From Eledone cirrhosa (lineage: Eukaryota): a DNA stretch of 64,000 bases. The DNA is taken from the NCBI GenBank assembly GCA_964016885.1, contig OZ024761.1:31062001-31126000 (forward strand), read 5' to 3'. The notes beneath the pieces were generated by a model, which did not search any database, was not told where the DNA came from, and worked only from the letters and a program-made list of their open reading frames with translations. Below, in pieces: positions 12,410 to 25,314 of the stretch. The number at the start of each line of letters is the position of its first letter. Within the stretch, counting starts at the first letter, position 1. Made by a program: the position numbers and the translations under genes.

Positions 12410-14207
12410 ATACAGAGTATATAGCTCTCACAAGCCATTCATCAACACCTAGTTTTCTAAGAGCCCACCAGATAATGGAGCGGGGGACTCTGTCAAAGGC
12501 TTTCTCCAAGTCAACAAAGGCTAAGTATAGGCGTTTACTTTTAGCTAGGTACTTCTCCTGTAGTTGTCGTACAATGAAAAGAGCGTCTGTGGTACTTTTA
12601 CCTGACAAACCCGAACTGCATTTCATCTAGATCAATTCGCTCTCTGATTAGTTGCGCTATTACTTTTTCTGTGACCTTCATGACCTGGTCGATTAATTTA
12701 ATGCCTCTATAGTTTCCCCTATCTAGGGCATCTCCTTTACCCTTGTAGCAGTTAATGATGATGCTGCTACGCCAGTCCTTCGGAACGGCCCCATTCTGTA
12801 TGACTTGGTTTACTATCCGGGTGACCATAGTGTCTCCCACCTTTCCAGATGCTTTCAGCATTTCAGCAACTATTTCCGAAGGCCCAGCCGCCTTACCTGT
12901 CTTCATATCTTTGATTGCCTTACTTATTATACTACCTTCAACTAGCACTGCTGGTCCCTCTATGGGATCGATGTGGGGGAGACTGTCTTTCTCCCATTTA
13001 TTCTCCTCATTTAGTAGCCTTTCGTAGTGACACTTCCAAGCTACCTTCTTATCAGCGTCAGTGATGGCAAGTACACCATCATCATTAAGGACACACTTCT
13101 CCCCGACAATATCACGGTTTTCCTTGACACATTGCCTAGCAATCCTGAACACCTCACGTTGTAGAACATGCTTGAACTTTCTTTCCTCTGCTTCCCTTCT
13201 TGCGAAGTACACTTGTCTCCTAGCTTCCCTCCTGGCCACTTGATAGTTTTCTCTACTTCCCCCATCCCGCCATACTTTCCAAGCCTGCTTTTTGGCCTTA
13301 ATTGACTCCTCCACCTTAATTGACTGTTCCACCACCACGTTACTCTCCTCCTGCCTATAGTCCTGCTCCAGCCACAGACTTCATCTGCCGCCTTCAGCAG
13401 GTTAGCTTTCAGGAATTCCCACTGTTCCTCTATATTGTACGACTCTAATTGCTCTTCCTTACTGTCGAAAGCATCAAGTAATATGCTTTTAAATTTATTA
13501 CTGGCTGTGGGGTCCTTTAGCTTCCATATTTTTCTCCTGAGGATAGTCCTCCTCTGTTGTCGAGTACGTCTTGTCCTGAGACTATGAGGTCGCTGACTAT
13601 GAGTCTATGTTGGGAGGTGCATTCTTCATGGGGGAGGGATTTAGTGTTTAGAACAGACACTCTATCACGTCTTCTGGTAAGGATATAATCTATCTGACTG
13701 GCGTGTTCCCCTGATCTATAGGTGATCAAGTGATTGTCTCGTTTTTTGAAGTTAGTGTTACAGTTAGTTAGGTTATTTGCGTCACAGAATTCCAGGATTC
13801 TGGAGCCTTCCTCATTTCTAGTACCAAACCCATAGCCTCCATGGATTCCATCATAGCCGTCACAACGTGACCATTTAGGTCGGCAGCAATAATTATGTAG
13901 TCACTCTCGGTTATTTGGGAGGTAGTGAGCATCAATGTCTCATAGAATCTGTCTTTTATAGCGCCAGGCAGTCCGGATTGGGGTGCATACGCAGATATTA
14001 CTGTCACAGTAGTTCTATTTAGGACAAGTCTTATTTTAATTATTCTGTCGTTCACTCTATTTACGTCTATTATCTTATCTACACATTTTTCTGCTAACAT
14101 GATTCCTACCCCACCCAGCCCATTGTCATTTCCCACCCAGAAAAGCTTATAGCATCGTTTTTTACCCACAATGAATCTAGCAGACCCACCCCTCCACCTG
14201 GTCTCTT
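12410..14207 (-). mobile_element. RTE-clade LINE, AP-endonuclease and RT N-terminal part (disrupted)
   Basis: QETRW, SAYAPQSG, ADLNGHV, QIDYIL, SQHRL, NYRGIKL, FVDLEKAFDRVPR spread over frameshifted ORFs. Confidence 0.9.
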
Positions 14208-14501
14208 GAATATATATATATATATATGTATATATGTGTGTGTGTGTATGTATGTGTGTGTGAGTGAGAATATGCTCTGAAATCATTAGACGTGTCCGTC
14301 GAACTTGCGGGTCCAGAATCAGACAGATCCACACAATGATCGCGTCTCGGGCTGTCCGCCGGGGAAACAATTGTAACACACAATAAATTGAGTTCAGATG
14401 CATCACTGATTTTTCGTTTTCTATTATATCATATTCTGCTCTGTAAGAGCATAGAGTGCTCAACCGGCATACCGCCTATGGAAGCATCTTAGCTACCATC
14501 A

Positions 14502-14576
<75 letters not shown>

Positions 14577-14577
<1 letters not shown>

Positions 14578-14905
14578 GAGGCACATGGCTTAGTGGTTAG
14601 AGCATTGGCTTTGCAATCGAAAGGTTGTGAGTTCAATTCTCAGACCGTGTGATGTGTTGTTTCCTTGAGCAAGTCACTTTATTTCACGTTGCTCCAGTTT
14701 ACTCAGCTATAGAAATGAGATTATAGGGACTGGGATCCCTATCATTCGTGGAGGTGCCACGGCAAAAAAAAGCACCCAGCACTCACTGTAAATGAGGTTG
14801 GTGTTAGGAAGGGCATCCAGCTGTAGAAATCAAGCCAGAATCAGTTCCCGTCCCACCCTTGCAAGCAGGGAAAAGTGGACGTAAAATGAAATGATGAAAT
14901 GATGA
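14577..14905 (+). mobile_element. tRNA-derived SINE, same family as 10884-11224
   Basis: Near-identical sequence with a small internal deletion. Confidence 0.85.
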
Positions 14906-15270
14906 TAGAGAGAGAGAGAGTAAGTAAAATCGAAGTTAGTGTTGCAGCATATGTACAAACTTTAATGACATATTATAATTGCTTTGATATCGATCAGCAG
15001 AATGTACAATCAAAGCTGATATGTGCAAAGACACTGACTTCGATTCTACTGATTCTGTTTACACTCTGTACACTACAGCCGCCTTCACTCTGGAATACAA
15101 CCCAACACGAGACGAACCTCGTAACAGCATTGAGTGCTTCGAACAGCGTGCCGTCTGTAACTGTAGTTACACACACAACTAACATATATATGTGTGTGTG
15201 CTGGAACAATGAAAACAAAACAGAAGTCAGCGATAGGTAATTAATAACTACCTATCTCTGAATTCTGTTT

Positions 15271-15320
<50 letters not shown>

Positions 15321-15439
15321 ACCCTCCACTCTCAAGCGTGAAACTAATATTAACATTTGTACTGCATCTTCGCTTCTACGTTGTTTTTTTGTTTGTTTTC
15401 TGTTTACTGTCTCAACTATAAAATATATATATATTATAA

Positions 15440-17850
15440 TTATAATAATAATGATTTCATTTATTAGCCACAAGGGTCGACATGTAGAGGACAATACAAA
15501 GACAGAGACAGTGGGGGGTTTACAATAAGGTCAAGTAAAAGTGCACAATGGCAAGACTAATTTAACAATGAAGATATAAAAATATAAAATAAACTATGCA
15601 TAAATATAACAAAATAAATTCCCTGATAGGGGTGGGCAGGTCCGTCTGACAGCACTTCCGTGCCTGTAGAGTTTATCCCGAACCGGCAGTGCCCTCCGGT
15701 AGCACTGCCAAGCGAGGGATTTCTGGAAATTGTCCATCGTCCCCGGCTCGAAAGTCCTCCGGTATAGACTGGTCAGTTTGACTTCGTCGAGGCCCAAAGC
15801 TTCTCCGAGTGCGTCATCGCACTTTCCCACCACTAATCCTCTATATAACTCGAGAGTGGAAGTTCTACTGGTCGCATTGCCTGCTTGGTAGAGGGCAGTG
15901 AGTGCCTGGAAACATTCCAGGTGCCAGTCACCCAGTCTCGGTCTCTTCTTGACCCAGGACTGCAGCTCAGTCAAAGAAATGAGCTGTGGAAAGGCCAGTC
16001 TGATAAACGGCGACCACACCTGTTCACTGTTTAGGCAGAATATCTGGAGATGTCACAGCCTCAACGCATGTCTGCTCATCATTAGCCATGGCATGCCCAG
16101 CCCTCCGCATAGAGGGTGCTGGCAGCAGATGGACCGCCTCACCAACGAAACTTGTCCCCTCCACAAGAATTTGAAGAGGAGCTGTTCCAACTTGACGAGG
16201 CGCGAACGGGGGCAAGGCACGACGGTCAGGCGGTAGTAGATGACGGACGTGATGTACGCATTTGCCACCTCCGCACGACCTTTCAGTGATAGCTTCCTCC
16301 CAGCTCATTTTTGGGTGAGACTGGCTACTATGCTCATTACCTCGTCCCAATTCTTTTCCACCTGGAGGTCTGGTCCGAACCAAACCCCGAGCAACTTTAC
16401 CGGTCTGTCCGTCCAGCGCCCCATGACGCTGTTGGACGCCATGGGCTTGCCTCTCCAGGTTCCAAGCTGCAAGCCCACCGACTTTTCCGGGTTAAGTTTG
16501 GCTCTTGTCAACCTTTCATATTCCTTCAATAAGGTGCCGACCACTTCGATTTCTAAGGTGGTCGACACCATCACGGTCATGTCGTCCGCATAAGCTGACA
16601 CCGCCTTTCCACGTCCCGGTTCGAGCGAGATGCCCTGCAACAGCTCCAGCTTCCACAGTAAAGGCTCGAGAGTCAATACGTACAGAAGGGAAGAAAGAGG
16701 GCACCCTTGATGGACCGATCAGGAGAGTCGGAATGGTTCCGAGAGATGGCCATTAACCTTGACCACCGAGCGTGTGCCGCTGTGCATTGCAGCGATCCAG
16801 CTTCTGAAGACAGGGCCGAAGCCAGCTGCTTTGAGGACACACTCCAGATACCGATGGTCGACCCTATCGAATGCTTTCGATTGATCTAAATTGATCAGTA
16901 CCCCACCAAAGCCAGGTTTACACCCTACCCTCTCTATGATGTATCGCATGAGGTGGAGATTGTCATGTATGGACCTGGCTGGGATTGCGCAAGTTTGCTT
17001 CTCCCCAACCAAATCCTCAATGACAAGCGCCAATCTCTTTGCTAACACCTTGGCCAAAATCTTAAACTCTGTGTTGAGCAGAGTTATGGGCCTGAAGTTG
17101 TCTAATGTATCCCTCTTGTTCTCGTCTTTCCTTATCAGGGTCACCACTCCTCTGCTCACAGAACTGGGAATACTCCCATTCTGCTGCCAGTTGCAGTAAA
17201 GTGCTTTGAGGAGATTGGAGAACAAGTCTGGCATATTTATGTAAAGCTCGTAGGGCAGGCCATCCAAACCGGGTGACTTGCGCCTCATGCAGCCGACAAG
17301 GGCGTCCTGAATTTCGGCTGAAGTAATCGGCCTTTCGCAGCGCTCAGCGTCGACCGTCGAGATGCGCGGCAAGCCGTCAAGGTAGGGACTGAAATCCGCT
17401 ACTCTCTCTGACTCGCCACTCTCCTCGAACAACCGAGCAAAGTGCTGGCGAAAGGCCTCACACATCCGCTTGGAATCGCTTATCTCGTGTCCGTCTCGGT
17501 CCGCCAAAGACCGAATTGTGGTTTTATTACCACGTTGCGCCTCCGCCACGCGGGCCCATCGAACAGCTTTTGGTTCCCTCGTTTCTCAGAATGACGGCAA
17601 AAATAATAAAAAGGGGAAACAAAGAATAGGGAAATATAGAGAAAAAAGAGAGAAAGAAAGAAGAACGGGAAGGGGAGAGGATGACAAGAGCTCTGGTGTC
17701 GCAGAAGAGAGGGGAGGGATGGAGGGGAATGATGAGTGGGCTTTGGGCCTAGGGCAAGAGAGCAGAAGTGCTGCGCCCCGTGGACAAGACGGCAACAGCA
17801 TTGACGCGGACGATGGCCCGTGACACCCGCTGCAACAGCCGACTGTTTCA
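15440..17850 (-). mobile_element. L1/Tx1-clade LINE, RT domain to 3' end, frameshifted, endonuclease region missing
   Basis: KSPGLDGLPYELY, FRPITLLNTEFKILAK, LDQSKAFDRVDH, QGCP (plus strand gggcacccttg), AYADD, GGLG; (TAA)-rich tail near 15440. Confidence 0.9.
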
Positions 17851-20593
17851 AAGAGTATCTTATCCTATTTTCTAACGCTATTTCTTAAAATAAATGTACA
17901 TAATATGAAAAATATATCTCCGAATTGAGAGCTCACAGCTCCGATATTACGGGCATGCCGTTAGAATGTCTCGGGAGAGAAAAGCTGGATAGGTTTTACG
18001 GGTAAAACCAACCGGCATGAGACTCAGGAGTAAGACTATAACGACGACTATATTTTTGGATCATCGGAGCTTCGATACATACTAGGAATTGTTTACAATT
18101 TATATTTAAAAACGAGAGAGAGAAAGAGAGAGGAAGAAAGAAGTCACGTACACTCAATCATAACAAAGGCGAGTGGCTGTGAACTAAATAAAAGTTTACA
18201 CCGTTTTTGTTACAGCTAACAATCTAAGTTTGTGAAACCTAGAAATAAAACACACTGCCATTAATAAATAACGGTTCGCACGATAATCAAAGAAAACTCA
18301 CCAACGTTGCCATTATTGAAAGGAACTAGGACGGTTGATTATCAGAATGGCCAGGGTAGCAGATTAACAGAACAACTAGGTCAGCGGTTTAGCATCACGT
18401 GTCATTTATTCTGTTTGTTTGCTAGTTTTACATTTTGAGGATAATTCTGTTTATCACCCCTTCGAAATCGATAAAATAAAATAAAAAACAGTAAATTACT
18501 GAGGGTCAATATAATCGACTTTCTCATCACCCACCAAATTGCTGGTCTTGTACCTATATTAGAAATCATTGTTGAAAGGAGCTTAAAGAAGGAAAACATA
18601 AAAAAAAATAATAATAATTACGAACTTAATTATCTCCCTTGCGCCGTTATCTTTCTGCTCTTTAACCCGCTTTCTAACAAACCATCTTATGATACGAGAC
18701 TCTTCCCCCACTTGAGCCATATCTCATGTCTGAAGATCAATTGTCCCCCACCCCCATACACCTATTTTAACTGACTAAGTACTAATCACGTACTGGGGTC
18801 GATTTAATCAACCAAATTGTTGGTCTTGTCTTATGCCTAAATCAGAAACCATTATTTAAAAAGAATTATCACGGCTGCATCATTTACAAAATAATTTTTG
18901 TAACTAGAATAGGTATTTAAAAAGGGTAAAGAGTGAGAGAAGATCCATCTACACACACAATCACACACCACAACAAAGGGTGCTGAAGTATCCATTTAAT
19001 AGATTTTGATGCAAGCCAACCCAATATATCAGGCATGCCAAACATGCGGCCCTTTACAAGCACACCTGCGGCCCGCACAAAGGTTTTTACAGCGCGAGCA
19101 ATTTTTTTTATCTTTGTAATATAAAATAAAAATAAATGTGTTGTAATGTGAGCAATTTGTTGCCGTGTGTGGGCCTCAGACAACACATATGTAACCCTCG
19201 AGGGACCCTCAGTTTGACACGCCTATCAATTTGTTGTCGACAGCTGATAATTATGAAAGAATTCATTAGTAAGATGTTATAATCATGATGTTTCACATAA
19301 AAATAGAATTCATGGAACTTTATAGATATGTATGCATGGTTCCGTAACTCCTGGAGGAGCCGTAGGAGTGCTGTATTGACACACGGCGTTTTTAGGGCAT
19401 TTATTAAGACCTGGTGAAGTTTGAATACAGAAGATTACTCCCAGAAAAGGATATAAAGGAATAATCGATCCCAGTATTAGACTGGAACTTTTTATCGACC
19501 CTGAATTGAACTCAGAAAGTAGAGAGCTGAAACGAATACCGCAAAGCATTCTACCTGAAGTTCTAACGGCTCTGCCAATTCGCCGCTTTTTATGAATACA
19601 GCACACAAAAATATACAATCAAAGCAGAAAAGAAAAAAAATATCACTAAGTATGTCGGAACCTGCCGCTAATATTTTTTTAGGCAAGCCATCACGTTTGC
19701 AGCATTATCGAGGGTGGTGGCAACTCTAAGACGCTGAAACAACCAAGCACCATCACGGGCATCATCTGACACCTTGGTAAGTTTAACAAAACAGTGATGG
19801 CAGGAATTCTTCGTTATTAATATATTATTATTGTCTGCAGCATAAAGTTAAGGCCCTTTATGATCTGAGTTCAAATCCCGCCGAGGTTAACTTTGCCTTT
19901 CATCCTTACACTGTCGATAAAATAAAGTACCAGTAATGCACTCTGGCCTTGTGCCAAAAGTAGAAACAATTATTATTGTCTGGCAACATGCCGTGCGCAT
20001 AAAGAGAGAAAAAAGTTAGGAGTGTGAGAGAGAACGAAAGGAATAGGGCGTATAGCATATGATAAGAGAGAGAGAAGAAAAATGAATAATAAAGTAAAGT
20101 GGAGGCGCATTGCGTAGTGGTATGGGTGTTGGACTTATGATCATAATGTCGTGGGTTCGATTACTGGGCTGGATTGTGTGTTGTGTTCTTAAGCAAAACA
20201 CTTCATTTCACATTGCTCCAGTATACTCAGTTGAAAATGAGTACCAGTAATAGCTGGGGGTTTAACCCTGGGATGAACAGGCGTTCTGTCCAGGGGGGAG
20301 TCTTGTACTCTCAGTCGCATCACGCCACGAAACCTAGATAAGAGCCTGCCTTCCGGCCTAAGACAGATTTTAGACTAGACCTTTAGAAATGAATCTACAC
20401 TATTTAAAGAATTGTTTTTTTTTTCTCGTACATGAGCACTTAACACAATGATTTTCAGTATTATTATATTTTTGAAAGTAGAAACAATTATTATATTTTT
20501 GTGTTATAAGGTTTCATGAATTCTATCTTATGTGAAACATGATTGTAATATGTTTCTATGTGAAATATGAAATATTTATGAAATTAACTATTG

Positions 20594-20791
20594 TACGAAT
20601 GGGTGCTGAAAAATTCTTGGCTTTGGGTAAAAGAAAATACAGGAGAACCAGTTAGTTATGATTTTATTCAACTTATTCCCCTCTTGGATTCACACACTTA
20701 CTGCAGTGGTCCTACCTCCCCTATAAAGGTAACAGTTCTATCCTTTCACGATACCCTTAAAGCCAGGAGGAACTTTTCTGCACCCGCTCGT
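20594..20791. mobile_element. Tc1/mariner-derived MITE
   Basis: TIRs tacgaatgggtgctgaaaaattcttggcttt / aaagccaggaggaacttttctgcacccgctcg. Confidence 0.6.
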
Positions 20792-21249
20792 GTGTATGAT
20801 ATTAAAAATTAAAAAAAATTGAAGAAAGATAATCTAGGGAAGAAACGAGAGTTACCTCCCCTAGCAATATTACGCCATTTGCTTAAATTTTGATGTTTTT
20901 TTCTTTCTATTTACTGAGATTTCAGTTAATTATGAATAACACATAGGAGATGAAATACTTTGATATATATCGTGACTTTTTTTTTGTATAAACAAAATAA
21001 TTAAAGTAATTCTAATCTAGAATTGAAAATACGTCATGGAATATATTGTTTAGAATTTACTGCCAGAAAATGTTTAATTTTAATAAGTTTTATAAGAAAT
21101 ACGACCCCTTTTTAATCTCTTTTGATTTATAAAAATACGGACATATTAATTTTCTCAAATGTGATATATAACGTTCTGTTTCTTTAAAATTTGTTGATGT
21201 ATTAATTATTAATTAATTGCGGGATTATAACTCATGTTTTTCATTCATA

Positions 21250-21366
21250 GCCAATGCCTTATCTATCAACAGTCTTCTCTCACGTGTAAGTTGACCGTGA
21301 CATTATTTTATAATTAAAGTTTTAATTATTCTACATTAATTCACTAGTAATACGGTTGGAACTCAG
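21250..21366 (+). promoter_or_regulatory. Candidate PDX2 promoter and non-coding first exon
   Basis: CCAAT (21251) and CACGTG (21281) in unique sequence followed by donor CAG|gttagt at 21366; matching acceptor tcatttag at 23570, 23 nt before the PDX2 ATG. Confidence 0.3.
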
Positions 21367-22752
21367 GTTAGTGTAAAGTATCTATCTATGTATCTATTTA
21401 TTTATTTATCTCTGTATGTATGTATATATTTTGGGTCATGAAAAGCGAGATGACAGTTTCTATACATTACATAACCCTTCGGGTACTCAACTAGCGGTTT
21501 CGGCTTGTGTCAGCAGACTAAAATCCGAAGAGGGCTCGATAAGGATTATATATATATCAAATATATATAAACCCGTAGAGCAAATATTTATTATAAGAAC
21601 AGATTAAAGTTTAAGCAAATAATCACTGCTTTCACCCTTAACGGGATATATATACATTTAAAAATCGAATTTTGTGGCAATACATTTATTTTCGAATGTG
21701 TTGATGAAATCTAAAAGAAAAGTTTTTTTTTTGTTTATTGTAGTTAATTTTGGTTTTTATTTTTCGCAATTCATAATTGTAGAAATGGGATTACGTTCCT
21801 TAAATTAGGAGGCATGGTGGAAAAAAAATTCCTAGTTTACGTTTAGCTTACTACTGTAAGGGTGTTTGCTTATTCCAGCGTCTTAGTATCGCTATCACTT
21901 TGTCATAACGTATTATCAAGCATTTCTGAATTGGAGTGGGGATGGGATAAATTTGGTCAATTTAGCTGTAGTCATTAGTTTAGCTGTTATTATCAAATAT
22001 CAACCAAGATATAAAAAACTTCGATATGCGATAAACACGACATACATAAATTGTAGCGCACACACATAGATGTGTGTTTTGTCAGCTGTCCGCGAGAATG
22101 CTTGGTTATTCCAGTACCTTTATATATATATATATATATATATCAGTCCAGTACGGGGTCAATTCTTCCTCTATATATCTTTCTCGCTTCTTCTCAGGAA
22201 GAAATCAGCTGTGTATAGACCTGGAAGGGTTAAAAGCTCCACCAGGTTTTTAAAAACATCCTAAGACATTCCATATTGTCACTACAGCTGTGTATAGACC
22301 TGGAAAGGGTTAAGGGCTCCACCAGGTTTTTAAAAACTTCGTAAGACATTCCATATTGTCACTACAGCGTCCCTACAACTCCACCTGTAATGTAACCTTC
22401 TAAAAGACATGTTATGTGAAAAGATTTATTACAAATAACCTAGAACCGTCTGTCAAGACGATATACTAAAATATTATAACGCTTTCACTCGTGGTAGTGC
22501 TGCCAGGGTTTTGGCTTACCTAAAACATTATTAGAGGAAGGCTCCAGCACCCCTTGTTGTGGTGTGCTGCTCTTTTTTCTTCTTTCGTGTTCCCCTCATT
22601 CACCACCTCCTTTTTAAAAATATAAATGTTTAACGGATTAAGTCTAAAATCATTGAATGCTTGTAATATACACACACACACACACACACATATATACACA
22701 CACACACATATATATATATACACACACACACATATAGACACACACACACATA

Positions 22753-23096
22753 TCATCATTTTTCATCATTTCATTTTACGTCCACTTTTCCCTGCTTGCA
22801 AGGGTGGGACGGGAACTGATTCTGGCTTGATTTCTACAGCTGGATGCCCTTCCTAACACCAACCTCATTTACAGTGAGTGCTGGGTGCTTTTTTGCCGTG
22901 GCACCTCCACGACCACTTTGCAGTGGAATGATATGGACCCCAGTCCCTATCATCTCATTTCTACAGCTGAGTAAACTGGAGCAATGTGAAATAAAGTGTC
23001 TTGCTCAAGGAAACAACACATCACCCAGTCTGAGAATTGAACTCACAACCTTTCGATTGCAAGGTCAATGCTCTAACCACTAAGCCATGTGCCTCC
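22753..23096 (-). mobile_element. tRNA-derived SINE, same family as 10884-11224
   Basis: Near-identical reverse complement. Confidence 0.85.
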
Positions 23097-23127
23097 ATAT
23101 AATATATATATATATATATATATATTA

Positions 23128-23313
23128 TAATTGTTTCTACTTTTGGCACAAGGCCAGCAATTATCCCAGTGCATTACTGGTACTTTATTTTATCGACCCC
23201 GTAAGGATGAAAGGCAAAGTTAACCTCGGCGGGATTTGAACTCGGAATGGCAAGGGCCGTAACTCTATGCGTCAAAGCATGGCATCCGACCCTCTACCGA
23301 TACTGCCAACCCA
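23128..23313 (-). mobile_element. Second tRNA-derived SINE family (octopus-type)
   Basis: atcgaccccgtaaggatgaaaggcaaagttaacctcggcgggatttgaactc motif; further copies near 19845, 24760, 25130, 40000, 40570, 46960, 59810. Confidence 0.75.
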
Positions 23314-23593
23314 CCTTTTATAATAAGCATGGACGAAGTGTCAAATTTTTATTGCGTGATGAAATTTTGACACTGCATCGAGTGCTCACTTTGGTGAACC
23401 AACAGTAACTTGATGTTACAATAAGTATACTGGAACAACGTGAAATGAAGTGTTTTGCTCAAGAACACACCATGCCCAGGAATCGAACCTATGACATTAT
23501 GATCGTAAGTCCAACGCTCTTACCACGTGCATCCACCCTCTTTATATAATTATATTTATCTATCATTTAGAGAACCAAACAAAAAACAAGAAA

Positions 23594-23941
23594 ATGGATG
23601 GAGAACATGGAAATCAAATATATATTGGAATTTTAGAAATTCAAGGTGGTTTTTCTGAACATAAAGCTGCTCTGATGAAAGCTGCAAAAGATATGGGAAT
23701 TGAGGCTATGTTAGAAATTTATTCTGTACGTAAAGCTGAAGATCTGCATTCTAAACTGTGTGGTTTGGTAATCCCTGGAGGTGAAAGTACAACAATGGGT
23801 CTCTTTATAACACGTAACCAAATGGTTGATGCTCTACAAGACTGGGTCAAAGATGAAAAACATATCGTTTGGGGAACCTGTGCTGGCCTTATCATGTTGG
23901 CAAATCAATCTGAGAAGCAGAAAATTGGTGGCCAGTCTTTG
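23594..23941 (+). CDS. PDX2: Pyridoxal 5'-phosphate synthase glutaminase subunit PDX2/SNO, coding exon 1 (116 codons)
   Basis: IGILEIQGGFSEH, LVIPGGESTT, WGTCAGLIMLA (catalytic Cys); donor TTG|gtaagt, phase 0. Confidence 0.93.
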
Positions 23942-24074
23942 GTAAGTTCTTGAAATTTAGCTTTTTCTTATTATAAGCAGGGTAGCAGTAACTCTTGTAA
24001 AGTGGTTGAGACAACTTAGGGTAGAGAGGATCCTTTGGTTCTGTCAAGGACTTAGTCTCTTTATTGGGGCCCAC

Positions 24075-24600
24075 AATAAAATGTACCAAGTATATTCTGT
24101 AATGTAGTTGGAGATTGAATTGAGATAGTATGGAGTAGAACAAACTCTTTAATCTTTCTAGTGTTGGTGCCACTTTAAATTGCACCTAGTACACTCTGTA
24201 ATGTGGCTGGAGATCGAATGGAGGCAATATTGAAGAGATAAGACTCTTCAGTCTTGTTGAATACATAACAATCTCCTTAGTGCTGGTGTTATGATAAAAT
24301 GCACCCAGTGCACTCTGTAAAGTGGTTGGTGATCTAGCAAAATAGGGTAGAAAAGACTCTTTAGTTTGGCTGAATGCATGACCACCTCTTTAGTGAGGGT
24401 GCCATGATAAAATGCACTCAGTACTCTCTGTAAAATGGTTGATGATCAAACAAACAATATAGTGTGGAGCAGACTCTTCAGTCATGTTGAGTGCATGACA
24501 ACCTCTCCAGTGCTGGTGTTATGATAAAATGCACCCAGTACACCCTGTAAAGTGGTTGGCATTGGAAAAGACATCCAGCCACAGAAACCATGGCAAAATG
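24075..24600 (+). repeat. About 5 diverged tandem copies of a 110-120 bp unit in the PDX2 intron
   Basis: Recurring ataaaatgcacccagtacactctgtaaagtggttgg...agactcttcagtc; resembles the RTE/SINE tail. Confidence 0.7.
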
Positions 24601-24918
24601 TTTTCTGACCTGTCTAGTCTCAGACTGTGATTTATTAAAATGCTAGATTATGTTGTAAAAATACAGATTTATACATTATTGATATTACTTTGACCATAGT
24701 AATAATGCTTTTTAATCTAGGAAGAAGGTCAACAGTTTGTGGGAAGTGAAAGTCAATTAAATCGACCCCAGTGCATTACTGGTGCTTTATTTTATCAACC
24801 CTGTAAGGATGAAAGGCAAAGTAACCTCAGCGGGATTTGAACTCAGAATGTAAAGGGATGTAGCTATAAGCTGCAAAGCATGTTGTCTGAAGTTCTACCA
24901 ATACTGCCAATCCACAGC

Positions 24919-25078
24919 CATTTTTATTATTATTGGGGTCGATTTAACTGACTTTCCCCTCCCCCCAAAATTGTTGACCTTATGCCTAAATACTGATTTC
25001 TGATTTAGGCATAAGGTCAACAATTTTGGGGGGAGGGGAAAGTCAGTTAAATCGACCCCAATAATAATAAAAATGGTT
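24919..25078. repeat. Near-perfect palindrome (about 73-bp arms) of SINE-tail sequence
   Basis: ccatttttattattattggggtcgatttaac...gcctaaat / atttaggc...gttaaatcgaccccaataataataaaaatgg. Confidence 0.9.
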
Positions 25079-25314
25079 TCTGATTTAAGCACCAGGACAG
25101 CAATTTTAGGGGAGGGGAAAGTCGATTAAATTGACCACAGTGCATGACTCGTACTTTATTTTATCGAAGGATGAAAGGCAAAGCTAACCTCGACAGGATT
25201 TGAACTCAGAATGTAAAGTGACATAACTATATGTCGCAAAGCATGTTGTCTGACACTCTACCGATACTGCCAATCGACGGCCCTAAATAATAATAATAAT
25301 TCAGGGTACATTAC

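Noticed and set aside
17850-23570. Expected divergent PDX1/SNZ partner upstream of PDX2
   Set aside because: No PDX1 motifs (GGVIMDV, VMALE, GEAGTG) recognised on either strand by eye
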